Positions 1 through 7,888 of a DNA stretch of 64,000 nucleotides are shown here, piece after piece (within the stretch, counting starts at the first letter, position 1; each line of letters starts with the position of its first letter). Both the position numbers and the translations under genes were made by a program. The stretch covers positions 2,272,001 to 2,336,000 of the forward strand of contig OX638340.1 of the NCBI GenBank assembly GCA_951812955.1, in the 5' to 3' direction. The notes beneath the pieces were generated by a model. It did no database searches. It worked only from the letters and a program-made list of their open reading frames with translations, and had not been told where the DNA came from. This DNA is from an uncultured Gemmatimonadota bacterium. GTDB taxonomy: Bacteria; JAAXHH01.

Positions 1-362
1 TGTATCGTGGCCGGATCGATCACGATGGTAGCGCCGGGGGAGGGCGCCGCGTCCTCGGCCTGTTCGTCCATAGCCTGTTCGGCCACGGCCTGCTCTTCCG
101 CTTCGGCCGTGTTTTTCATCGGCGTAAGATTCATCCCGCAGATCGGACACTGGCCCGGTTCTTCCGTAATTACGTTCGGATGCATACCGCACGTCCACAA
201 CTGAACCTGCGCCGTATCACCGCTATCGGAAGTGGTCGTCGACTCCGGATCGCCACAGCCCGTTAACAGCACCAGCGGCGCGGCGGCCAGCAGCATGACG
301 GCCAGCAACCTGGAGGCCAGTGACCGGAATGCACGCCCGCGTAGTCTCTTGACGATGTTCAT
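1..362 (-). CDS. Partial RND efflux membrane-fusion protein (CusB/CzcB-like). Only the N-terminus lies in the window: a lipoprotein signal and a CxxC heavy-metal-binding domain.
   Basis: Reverse-complement translation from the ATG at 362 reads MNIVKRLRGRAFRSLASRLLAVMLLAAAPLVLLTGCGD...WTCGMHPNV...PGQCPICGMNL. It has a lipobox (LTGC). The paired CxxC motif resembles the N-terminal heavy-metal-binding domain of metal-efflux membrane-fusion proteins. A GGAGG ribosome-binding site lies 8 nt upstream. The gene sits immediately downstream of a TolC-like gene on the same strand and runs off the window edge. Confidence 0.55.
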   Translation of the reverse strand, partial: MNIVKRLRGRAFRSLASRLLAVMLLAAAPLVLLTGCGDPESTTTSDSGDTAQVQLWTCGMHPNVITEEPGQCPICGMNLTPMKNTAEAEEQAVAEQAMDEQAEDAAPSPGATIVIDPATI

Positions 363-378
363 GATTTACCTCCTGTGT

Positions 379-1647
379 CTACGGGAGCGATCCCCCGGCG
401 GCCCGTTCCAGCCGGCTGAGATACTTTCGGTAGTTGGCCGTTTCGGCCACGTACCCGAGCCGGGTACGCAGCACCATGCGTTCCGCGTCGAGCAGGTCGA
501 GGAAGTCCATCTGCCCCGACTGGAAAGCGGCCAGTGTCGCCAGCACGCTGTTTTCCGCCTGGGTGATGAGGCCTTGCTCATAGACGTCGAGAGCCCGTCC
601 GGAATGACGCAGGCGCCCGTATGCCTCCGCGACCTCCGCCGCGACGGTGTCCCGGATGCTCCGCCTGGCATATTGGCTTTCTTCCACGCGTGCCATGGCC
701 TCCTGCACCCCGGCCCGCGTGCGTTTCCTGAACAGGGGCAGATTCACGCTCAACATGACGCCGAAGGCGTCTTTCCCGGCGTCGGATGCCGGGTTCCCTT
801 CGAGCTTCGGAACGGTGATATAAGAAGCCTGCACCATGAAATCCGGCCGGTTGCCGAGGCGCGCGAGCCGGAGACCCAGTTCGTTTTGCCGGATCCGTGC
901 GTCGACCGCCTCCAGTTCCTGCCGGACGGCCAGTGCTTTCTCAACCACCAGGGATTCGGGCTGTGTGTATCTCGTGGTATCAATGGCCGCAACCCGGTCG
1001 ACAGGCGTATCGGACGGACGGCTCAGCGCGCCGTTGAGGCGGGCAACGTGGGCGCTCCGCTCACCTTCCAGCGTAATGCGCTGTTTCAGTATCTCCGAAG
1101 CTTCCACGTGCGACTTGAGTACGTCTGCCTGGGAACCGCTCCCGGTGGCGTACTTCTCCTCCGCGGCGCCGGTGAAGGTCTCCAGCAGGACGAGATAGTC
1201 TTCAAGGATGCGCAGGGACCGGTCTACCCGGAAGAGATCATAGTAGACCGACTTCACTTCGTAGGTGATATCGCGCGCAATCGATTGGATCCCGGCCGTT
1301 TCGACCGCTGTTTCTTCCCCGGATATGTCGCCGCGCAGGCTCAGCTTGCCCGGATATGGAATCTGCTGTCCGAAGGCCAGCACGTTCCTCTGCGGTCCGA
1401 CACGCGTTTCCGGAGAGGATAGCCAACGCGTGTACATTAATACCGGATCCGAGTAGGAAGCGACCTGCGGCCGTCGTTGCGTGACCGCGGTCCGACGGTG
1501 ACGCGCTGCCTGCAGGACGGGGTTGCGGTCCAGGGCCTCGGCGACCAGCGCCTCGAGTCGCGGCGTCTGCGCCCGGGCCGGCAGAACGGCGAAAACGAGG
1601 GCGAAAGACATGATCAGAAAACCCGCGTATCGTGAAAAAACGGACAT
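379..1647 (-). CDS. Outer membrane efflux protein, TolC/CusC-like outer membrane factor of an RND system.
   Basis: 422-aa ORF with an N-terminal signal peptide (MSVFSRYAGFLIMSFALVFAVLPARAQ). The composition (QQIPYPGKLSL, many Leu/Ala/Arg coiled-coil stretches) is typical of the outer-membrane-factor family. It is adjacent to the membrane-fusion protein gene. Confidence 0.8.
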   Translation of the reverse strand: MSVFSRYAGFLIMSFALVFAVLPARAQTPRLEALVAEALDRNPVLQAARHRRTAVTQRRPQVASYSDPVLMYTRWLSSPETRVGPQRNVLAFGQQIPYPGKLSLRGDISGEETAVETAGIQSIARDITYEVKSVYYDLFRVDRSLRILEDYLVLLETFTGAAEEKYATGSGSQADVLKSHVEASEILKQRITLEGERSAHVARLNGALSRPSDTPVDRVAAIDTTRYTQPESLVVEKALAVRQELEAVDARIRQNELGLRLARLGNRPDFMVQASYITVPKLEGNPASDAGKDAFGVMLSVNLPLFRKRTRAGVQEAMARVEESQYARRSIRDTVAAEVAEAYGRLRHSGRALDVYEQGLITQAENSVLATLAAFQSGQMDFLDLLDAERMVLRTRLGYVAETANYRKYLSRLERAAGGSLP

Positions 1648-1893
1648 GGCCTGTTCCTCGGGTTGATATGAATTGATCGTTACAGTTGAATACGGCCTGG
1701 AGAGCGGATGTGGCGGTCCCTTGCGGGATGGCGCTTCGCATCATCGGCGCGCAGTATCGTTAGGCGTTACGCATCGTCCCGGGACGCGCAGGCTGCCGGA
1801 CGGACAAAACCTGGAAGTCCGGATACACGATGCCTTCTACGCGTCGCGTGTTACGCTCACGGCCCGTTGGTGCCCAGTGTTTTCAGGTGGGTA

Positions 1894-2331
1894 TTAGATG
1901 AGGTACGTGCAGAAGAGTGCGCGCAATGGGGGTGGGGACCGGTCGGTATTCGATTCCGGAGAAATCCGTGAGACATGGACCGCCGGTTCAACCAGGTGTA
2001 ACCCCCGCAGCGGCGTCGATAGGACCAGCTGATCGGGTTGAACGGAAGCGGCTGGAAGCAGCGCACCCACCCCGGATTGCCGGTATGGCGCCGGATCGAC
2101 GCTGCAGCAGGACATGGCCAGCGTGCCCGTCGCGCATGTTTCCGTCGCGTGGCCCGTGGCGCATGTTTCCGGAGTCTTGGCCGTCGAGCAACAAGCGTGC
2201 TCGCTCCCGGACGAAGATGCGTCCGGCGACGAAGACTTTGCCATCATGCACACGCCGTCCGCTGCCGTGCCCGCCAGGGACGGAGACGACAAGGAGAGGA
2301 AAAGGATGAGAACGGTGAATCGCCTGATCAT
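1894..2331 (-). CDS. Small secreted Cys/His-rich protein, a possible periplasmic metal-binding protein.
   Basis: 145-aa ORF with a signal peptide (MIRRFTVLILFLSLSSPSLAG). It contains a Cys/His cluster HACCSTAKTPETCATGHATETCATGTLAMSCC with a repeated ETCATG motif. It lies next to the Cu-type efflux genes. The C-terminal third looks low-complexity, so the true stop and the reality of the gene are uncertain. Confidence 0.3.
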   Translation of the reverse strand: MIRRFTVLILFLSLSSPSLAGTAADGVCMMAKSSSPDASSSGSEHACCSTAKTPETCATGHATETCATGTLAMSCCSVDPAPYRQSGVGALLPAASVQPDQLVLSTPLRGLHLVEPAVHVSRISPESNTDRSPPPLRALFCTYLI

Positions 2332-2478
2332 GACCGGATCTCCGGGGAATCAACCTGGCTCGATATATAACAATCTACCCGCATACCGGGAGAAACACAA
2401 TCGAATTCGGGACACCCGCGACGCCTGCCGCGTCGGACCGCACTCCGCCCTGGCCTACCAGTCCGTATCGGATCCGCG

Positions 2479-2703
2479 CTATTTTCCCCGCCTTCGCTGG
2501 CGCCTGACGAGCTTTACTACTTCCTTCACCGAGAGGTTCGTCTTGACCGTTGGTATATCCAGCGGAGACGCTGGAGGCAGTTCGGGGACGACGGCATATC
2601 TCCTGCCATCCTTTCTGCGTATGATTACTTTTCCGGTCGATTCCGCTTCGTCGAGCAAACTCGACAGATGCTGCCTCGCTTCAGTATAGGTATAGACGTC
2701 CAT
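2479..2703 (-). CDS. Phd/YefM-family type II antitoxin.
   Basis: Translation from the internal Met reads MDVYTYTEARQHLSSLLDEAESTGKVIIRRKDGRRYAVVPELP, which matches the Phd/YefM N-terminal fold. It begins 7 nt downstream of the VapC stop, so the two are likely co-transcribed. The longer ORF beginning at 2751 overlaps vapC and is less likely. Confidence 0.65.
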   Translation of the reverse strand: MDVYTYTEARQHLSSLLDEAESTGKVIIRRKDGRRYAVVPELPPASPLDIPTVKTNLSVKEVVKLVRRQRRRGK

Positions 2704-2710
2704 GACGCAG

Positions 2711-3118
2711 TCACTCCCCTTGAAATTCCAGACGCACAACGTCAATGCCAAGCGACTCCGCGGCGCGGGCCAATGACCGGTCCAGGGTCAGCAGAGGCGC
2801 ATTGTACCTGATGGCGGTCTCCAGAAAAAAAGCGTCGGCCGCCACTCCCTTCATTCGAGACGCGATCGAAAGGATCTGGGCCATGTCCACGTCCACGTAA
2901 CGTAGCGGGATGTTGCCCAGGATCTCCATGCCTCTGCGCGCCTCCTCGGCGTCGATCCCTTTCTGCCGGATCATGACGGAGAAGGCATGGCAAATCTCCC
3001 ATCGAACGAAATCCGGCGCGATGAGGACGTGACCCGAAGCCGCTTCGGCCAGGGCACCGCGTTCCGGACCCTGCATTACGGATGCAATAATCGCCGATGT
3101 ATCGATGACCATATTCAC
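2711..3118 (-). CDS. vapC: PIN-domain toxin VapC.
   Basis: The ORF begins at a GTG (ORF-track protein MNMVIDTSAIIA...) and contains acidic PIN residues. It is 135 aa long. A GGGAGG ribosome-binding site lies 7 nt upstream of the GTG start. Confidence 0.8.
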   Translation of the reverse strand: MNMVIDTSAIIASVMQGPERGALAEAASGHVLIAPDFVRWEICHAFSVMIRQKGIDAEEARRGMEILGNIPLRYVDVDMAQILSIASRMKGVAADAFFLETAIRYNAPLLTLDRSLARAAESLGIDVVRLEFQGE

Positions 3119-3138
3119 GCTGAAACCTCCCTTTTAAT

Positions 3139-3166
3139 ATTGTACAATTGTACATCATTATGTCAA
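3139..3166 (-). promoter_or_regulatory. Sigma70-like promoter (TTGACA, 16-nt spacer, TACAAT) for vapC. It overlaps a perfect 14-bp palindrome, TGTACAATTGTACA (3141-3154), that is probably the autoregulatory operator.
   Basis: On the minus strand the sequence reads TTGACAtaatgatgtacaattgTACAAT directly upstream of the vapC ribosome-binding site. The perfect palindrome spans the -10 element. Confidence 0.4.
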
Positions 3167-3490
3167 CAAAAATAACGAAACCCCGTATTTACAGGCCTTT
3201 AGGGGTTGCCGCCGACTTGGCGGCATTGACCAGCGGAGATCACCACAGATGCAATTCATGGTACGTGCGGCCGGCCGATTCAAAGGATTATGACGCAAGA
3301 CGTTCGCGCAATTACCCTTTTTCAGCGGCCATTGTTCACACACCGGTCACACTTATTTCGTTATATTTGAATGGAATGGGCGTTTTTTTAGATACCTTCC
3401 TATTGCCTACGTATCCGGTTGACTTCATGCGGGCTTGGATCCGTCGATCGTAACAGCAGTACGTTAATCACTTCTACGGGGATAGCGATC

Positions 3491-4003
3491 ATGAACGGCA
3501 CATTGAGTGAAGGAAGCAGGCGGGAGTTGACGGACAGGTTCGTTTGTGCGGTGCAGCACCTGGGCCGATTGATGCACAACGGACGGCTTGGCGAACTGAA
3601 GAAACTCGACCTGAACGCCCACCAGGCGGATACCCTGATGTTGCTGTATCATCACGGGCCCACCCGGATGGGGACCCTGGCGAACTACCTGGGGAGTAAA
3701 CTGCCGCACATGTCCCTCATTGTAGGTCACCTGGTCAACAAGGGTTACATTCAACGAAGTTCGGATCCAAAGGACCGGAGAGTGGTTATCTGCGAATTCA
3801 CTGCAAAAGGCAGGAAGGCTGCGCAACAGATCATACAACATACGAGGATACTCGTGAACGAGGTGGCCGAAAAGTGGGATTTCGAACAGTTCGAATCCGT
3901 GGTCGAGTCGCTGGAATCGTTTTGGGACCCAGAATCGGGAGTTCCCGGATCAGCCGTTTCTGGGCAGCGCCAGTCCAGAGACAGGTTGTTGGAAGAGATG
4001 TAA
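3491..4003 (+). CDS. MarR-family transcriptional regulator (paralog 1).
   Basis: MNGTLSEGSRRELTDRFVCAVQHLGRLMHNG...LDLNAHQADTLMLLYHHGPTRMGTLANYL...DPKDRRVVICEFTAKG. This has the MarR winged-helix pattern, with DRR near the wing. The start is taken at the internal ATG at 3491. Confidence 0.8.
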   Translation: MNGTLSEGSRRELTDRFVCAVQHLGRLMHNGRLGELKKLDLNAHQADTLMLLYHHGPTRMGTLANYLGSKLPHMSLIVGHLVNKGYIQRSSDPKDRRVVICEFTAKGRKAAQQIIQHTRILVNEVAEKWDFEQFESVVESLESFWDPESGVPGSAVSGQRQSRDRLLEEM

Positions 4004-4283
4004 TCCCAGATATGGCAGGCCAGTTCAATGCAGGGTGAAGCAGCCGGCGATCCGACTGTTGCCATTGCGCCCGAAGCCGGATCTGCGTGACCGGCGTCAG
4101 TTGGAACTACTTCGGCAATAAATAGTCCGCCAGAACATCGAGGTCGATTGGGGCGTCCCGCCCTAATTCTCCGACCCGCCCCTACATCCGACCCGCCCTT
4201 ACCACCGACCCGCCCACACCCCCGGCCCAACCGGGAGAGTACAGATTCCTACCATATCCTTGGCCATCCGGCACTGCTCGGCT

Positions 4284-4405
4284 GGCCGTCCATTTCCGCC
4301 GCCGAGACGGCTGTCCGCTTTCGCCCCAGTCGGCCGTCCATTTCCGCCGCCGAGACGGCTGTCCGCTTTCGCTCCAGTCGGCCGTCCGCTTTCGCCCCAG
4401 TCGGA
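4284..4405. repeat. Tandem direct repeat: a 48-bp unit present twice plus a truncated third copy. Upstream at 4160-4250 there are also three copies of a CCGACCCGCCC motif with a period of about 16 nt.
   Basis: Units at 4284-4331 and 4332-4379 differ by one mismatch. A partial third copy with an internal deletion lies at 4380-4405. The repeats sit in the intergenic region between the two MarR paralogs. Confidence 0.9.
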
Positions 4406-4698
4406 TCGCGGAACGGCACGCCTGCGGCAATAAAGTTTAATTTGACAAATGTTATTTTACTGGATAGTTTCCATACAGTTTTGTTCGAACTTTGTTTGGA
4501 ACTTCGGTTTATCTCCAGGGCATTCCCCGCCCCGGAGCATTCAACGTGAATTTACACACGTAAAACCGGTTCGATTCAAGGGACTACAACAAGCGGTTTC
4601 CAGACAGGGCCGAGCGTCCCGTGGCATTACCAGAAACACGGAATCGCGGGGTCCCGCGGAAAGCGTGCCGATCCAACCACTCTCATGGTTCTGGGTGA

Positions 4699-5181
4699 AT
4701 GAACGTGGAGAACGAATTCAGGCAGGACATCTCGAACCGCTACTTGAAGTCCGTGGAAGAAATCAACCGGATCATGTACAGCGGCCGTCTGCATGAGTGG
4801 CAGGGGATGGATCTATCGATTTCCCAGTTCAATACCCTTGTCATGCTGAAGCAGATGGGACCGATGCGCATGGGTATGATTTCCTACTATCTGAAGAACA
4901 CGCTTGCCGCCACCACATCGATCGTAGACCGTCTGGAGAACAAGGACCTGGTGATTCGGACCAAGGATCCCGAAGACAGAAGAGTGGTCATCTGCGAATT
5001 GACGGAACACGGGCAGAAAGCAACGGAGCGATTCTGGCGAGTCGCGCGGGAGGCGGCCTTGAGGGTAGCCAGCAAGTGGGACCTGAAGCAGTTCGAATCA
5101 GTGGTCGAGGCGCTGGAACTGGTCTTGCAGACCCATAAGGAGATCGTTCAGTCCGGCACATCTACAAAGCCTGCCGAATAA
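4699..5181 (+). CDS. MarR-family transcriptional regulator (paralog 2).
   Basis: 160 aa. ...DLSISQFNTLVMLKQMGPMRMGMISYYL...DPEDRRVVICELTEHGQKA...KWDLKQFESVVEALE is co-linear with the upstream MarR, including the C-terminal KWDFEQFESVVESLE motif. Confidence 0.8.
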   Translation: MNVENEFRQDISNRYLKSVEEINRIMYSGRLHEWQGMDLSISQFNTLVMLKQMGPMRMGMISYYLKNTLAATTSIVDRLENKDLVIRTKDPEDRRVVICELTEHGQKATERFWRVAREAALRVASKWDLKQFESVVEALELVLQTHKEIVQSGTSTKPAE

Positions 5182-5223
5182 CCCACGCAACAATCTACTA
5201 AGCCTGCCAAATAACCACTGACA

Positions 5224-6194
5224 TCAAGATGAAGAAGAACAGGTAAGCATGAAGTGCCGCGCAGCGCCGATGATGCCGGCGTCGTCGCCGAGTTTGGCAG
5301 GCACGATCCGCAGTATGCCGGCCGACCACTTGTAGGCCCGCCGCGCCACCTCGGCGCCGATGGGATTGAAGATTAGATCGCCCGCCTTAATCACGCCGCC
5401 TCCAATAACGATCAATTCGGGATTCAGCAGGTTGGTGAGGCTGGAAACGGCCGTACCGAGCAGCGTGGCGGACCGGTGCATCACTTCCCGCGCCGTATCG
5501 TCGCCCTGGCCGGCGGCCTCGGCGACCATGGCCGCATCGATTCGGTCCAGGTTGCCCCCGCTCATTTCCCTTAATACGCTCTTCCGGCGACCGTGCACCA
5601 GTTCCCGCGCCTGTTCGGCGATGGCCGTCGCCGAAGCATAGGCTTCCAGGCATCCCGGCGCGCCGCAGCCACACATCCTGCCGTTCTCCACGACGGTCAT
5701 ATGGCCGATCTCGCCGCCCGCGCCGTTGGAGCCGCGCCAGACTTCGTTGTTCATGATGATCGCGCCGCCCACGCCCGTCCCCAGGGTAATACATATGACG
5801 TTCGCCTTGCCGGCGGCGGCGCCTACCCAGTGCTCCCCGATGGCCGCGGCGTTGGCGTCGTTCTCGATCGTCACCGGCAGTCCCAGGCGTTCACGGAGGA
5901 TCGACTGGAGCGGAAGATCCACCCATTCCGGCACGTTCGGCGCGTATACCACGATCCCTGAATCCTCCGGAATCAACCCGGGCGTACCCACGCCCACGCC
6001 GGCCACGCGGCCCCTTCCGCAGGAGTCCATGGTCATCTCGACGCAGGTCACCAGCCGGTCGATCACCTCGCCGGCGGTGCGGCTGCCCGATATGGATTGC
6101 CAGGCCCTGTGGGATATGCGGCCGCCGTCGTCCACTACGGCGCTGTTGACATTGGTCCCCCCCAGGTCCACGCCTATGACCAGGTCTCGCTTCA
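5224..6194 (-). CDS. glk: ROK-family glucokinase.
   Basis: MKRDLVIGVDLGGTNVNSAVVDDGG...ENDANAAAIGE...GTGVGGAIIMNNEVWRGSNGAGGEIGHMTV...CGCGAPGCLEAY. This is the ROK signature, including the CxCGxxGC zinc motif. Its ATG overlaps the gpmI stop in an ATGA arrangement. The 808-aa ORF in the track is an antisense or read-through extension. Confidence 0.8.
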
Positions 6195-7754
6195 TGCCCG
6201 TTCCCTGCTTCCGGCCAGGTCCACGCCCGACATCGGCTCCGGAGCGGGTATGCCTATCATGGACAGCACGGTCGGCGCCACGTCCGCCAGCCGGCCACCG
6301 TCGCGAAGACGCGCGTTTCTCCCGGAATCGTCGACAAGGATGAGCGGCACGGGATTCGTAGTGTGTGCGGTATGGGGCGTGGAGGTGACGGGATCCACCA
6401 TCATCTCCGCGTTGCCGTGGTCCGCCGTGACGATCGCCCCGCCGCCGGCCGACCCGACCGCGTCCATTACCTCTCCCAGGCACCGGTCGACCGTCTCCAC
6501 GGCCGCAACCGCCGCGGGGAGCGAACCCGTATGGCCCACCATGTCCGGATTGGCGAAATTCACCAGCACGAAATCGTATTCCCCGCCGCGAAGGGCGCCG
6601 GCCACGCGGGATGCGACCTCGGGCGCGCTCATTTCGGGCTTCTCGTCGTAGGTGGCCACGTCCCGCGGAGAGGGGACCATTAACCGGTCCTCGCCGTCGA
6701 AAGGCCGCTCGTCGCCTCCGTTGAAGAAATAGGTGACGTGGGGGTATTTCTCCGTTTCCGCCACGCGCAGTTGCCTCCGTCCGGCACGGCTGATCGTTTC
6801 CCCCAGAATACAGGCCATGGGCTCGGGTGGACGGAAGGCGCAAGGCACATCGAAACGTGCATCGTAGGGCGTCATGGTGGCGACGCGTACGTCCGGCACG
6901 GTTCCGCGGCAGAAACCGTCGAAGTCCTCCTCGATGAAGGTCCGGACGATCTGGCGTCCTCGGTCCGCCCGGTAATTGAAGACGATCACCGCGTCGCCAT
7001 CCGCCATCGTCCCGGCGGGGCCGTCCCGCGTCGCCCCGATCACGGTGGGCGATACGAATTCGTCGGTTTCGCCCCGGTCGTAAGCCGCCTGGATCGCCTC
7101 CGCCGCGGAACCGGCCCGGTTCCCCTTTCCCGCGGTGAAGAGATCGTAGGCCCTGCGCACCCGATCCCACCGGTTGTCCCGGTCCATGGCGTAGAAACGT
7201 CCGGTCACGGTGGCGATGCGGCCCGTACCGAGCCGTTCGATAGTCTCCTGCAGCGTCCGCAGATAGGCCGGCGCGCTTCGGGGCGCCGTATCGCGGCCGT
7301 CCACGACTGCGTGCACCAGGACGCGGTCTCCTGTGAATCCCTGGCGGGAGGCCAGTTCCAGTAGCGTCAGGTAGTGTTTTTCGGCGCTGTGGACCAGTCC
7401 GTTCGATGTGAGTCCCAGCAGGTGCAGCCTGCCGCCCGTTCCACGGAGCCGTTCCAGGATTGCGGCAAACGCCGCGTTCTCGAAGAACCTGCCGTCGTCG
7501 ATGGCCTCGTTGATCCGGGTGACTTCCTGCCGCACCACCCGCCCGGCGCCCAGGTTGAGGTGGCCGACTTCCGAGTTGCCCATGATACCGGGAGGAAGAC
7601 CCACGTCTACACCCGATGCACTCAGCATGGTGTGAGGATACCGTTGCCACAGCCTGTCGAAGTTCGGCGTCTCCGCCAGCAAAACGGCGTTGGCGTCGCC
7701 GCGGGGGGCGATGCCCCAGCCGTCCAGGATGACAAGCGCGACGGGAGGATTCAT
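6192..7754 (-). CDS. gpmI: 2,3-bisphosphoglycerate-independent phosphoglycerate mutase.
   Basis: MNPPVALVILDGWGIAP...NSEVGHLNLGAGRVV...TVTGRFYAMDRDNRWDRV...YFFNGG...VTADHGNAEMM. These are the diagnostic iPGM motifs. The start is at the ATG at 7754. Confidence 0.9.
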   Translation of the reverse strand: MNPPVALVILDGWGIAPRGDANAVLLAETPNFDRLWQRYPHTMLSASGVDVGLPPGIMGNSEVGHLNLGAGRVVRQEVTRINEAIDDGRFFENAAFAAILERLRGTGGRLHLLGLTSNGLVHSAEKHYLTLLELASRQGFTGDRVLVHAVVDGRDTAPRSAPAYLRTLQETIERLGTGRIATVTGRFYAMDRDNRWDRVRRAYDLFTAGKGNRAGSAAEAIQAAYDRGETDEFVSPTVIGATRDGPAGTMADGDAVIVFNYRADRGRQIVRTFIEEDFDGFCRGTVPDVRVATMTPYDARFDVPCAFRPPEPMACILGETISRAGRRQLRVAETEKYPHVTYFFNGGDERPFDGEDRLMVPSPRDVATYDEKPEMSAPEVASRVAGALRGGEYDFVLVNFANPDMVGHTGSLPAAVAAVETVDRCLGEVMDAVGSAGGGAIVTADHGNAEMMVDPVTSTPHTAHTTNPVPLILVDDSGRNARLRDGGRLADVAPTVLSMIGIPAPEPMSGVDLAGSRERA

Positions 7755-7888
7755 ATGGAAGTACGTACTCCGGACGTATCGATTCGGGTACCCATTACCC
7801 TTCTGGCGAAGGGCCAATTATGAAGAAAACGCGGAAGTCACTCCGCGTTTTCTGATGTGTCGATCGATATTCCGTAGATCAATTTGTG

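Noticed and set aside
232-1422. Long plus-strand ORF (396 aa) overlapping the TolC-like gene. Similar long antisense ORFs occur at 9638-11092, 12870-14336, 20265-21071, 23856-24581, 24059-25396, 28461-29441, 42704-44107, 55060-56118 and 58772-59425.
   Set aside because: These are typical stop-codon-poor antisense frames in GC-rich coding DNA. Each lies opposite a gene with clear family signatures and has low-complexity Arg/Gly/Pro-rich translations.
1917-2689. Plus-strand ORFs (130, 110 and 191 aa) overlapping the Cys-rich protein gene region.
   Set aside because: They overlap one another in different frames, lack ribosome-binding sites, and have low-complexity Arg/Pro-rich translations.
3148-3453. 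101-aa plus-strand ORF between vapC and MarR-1.
   Set aside because: It starts inside the vapC promoter/operator region and has a hydrophobic, low-complexity translation with no ribosome-binding site. It is likely spurious.
4284-4405. Possible CRISPR array. The same test was applied to the other tandem repeats at 9543-9636, 13278-13360 and 51492-51545.
   Set aside because: The repeats are directly adjacent or separated by 3-12 nt, with no unique spacers of 25-40 nt. Only 2-3 copies are present and no cas genes lie nearby.
4148-4549. 133-aa ORF in the MarR intergenic spacer.
   Set aside because: The translation is dominated by the 48-bp tandem repeats (duplicated PSISAAETAVRFR) and Pro-rich low complexity. 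There is no ribosome-binding site or family resemblance, so it is probably non-coding.
5224-7650. 808-aa minus-strand ORF.
   Set aside because: Only the C-terminal roughly 323 aa (ROK glucokinase, 5224-6194) looks like protein. The N-terminal 480 aa is an Arg/Gly-rich read-through lying antisense or out of frame over the gpmI region, and gpmI (6192-7754) is the real gene there.
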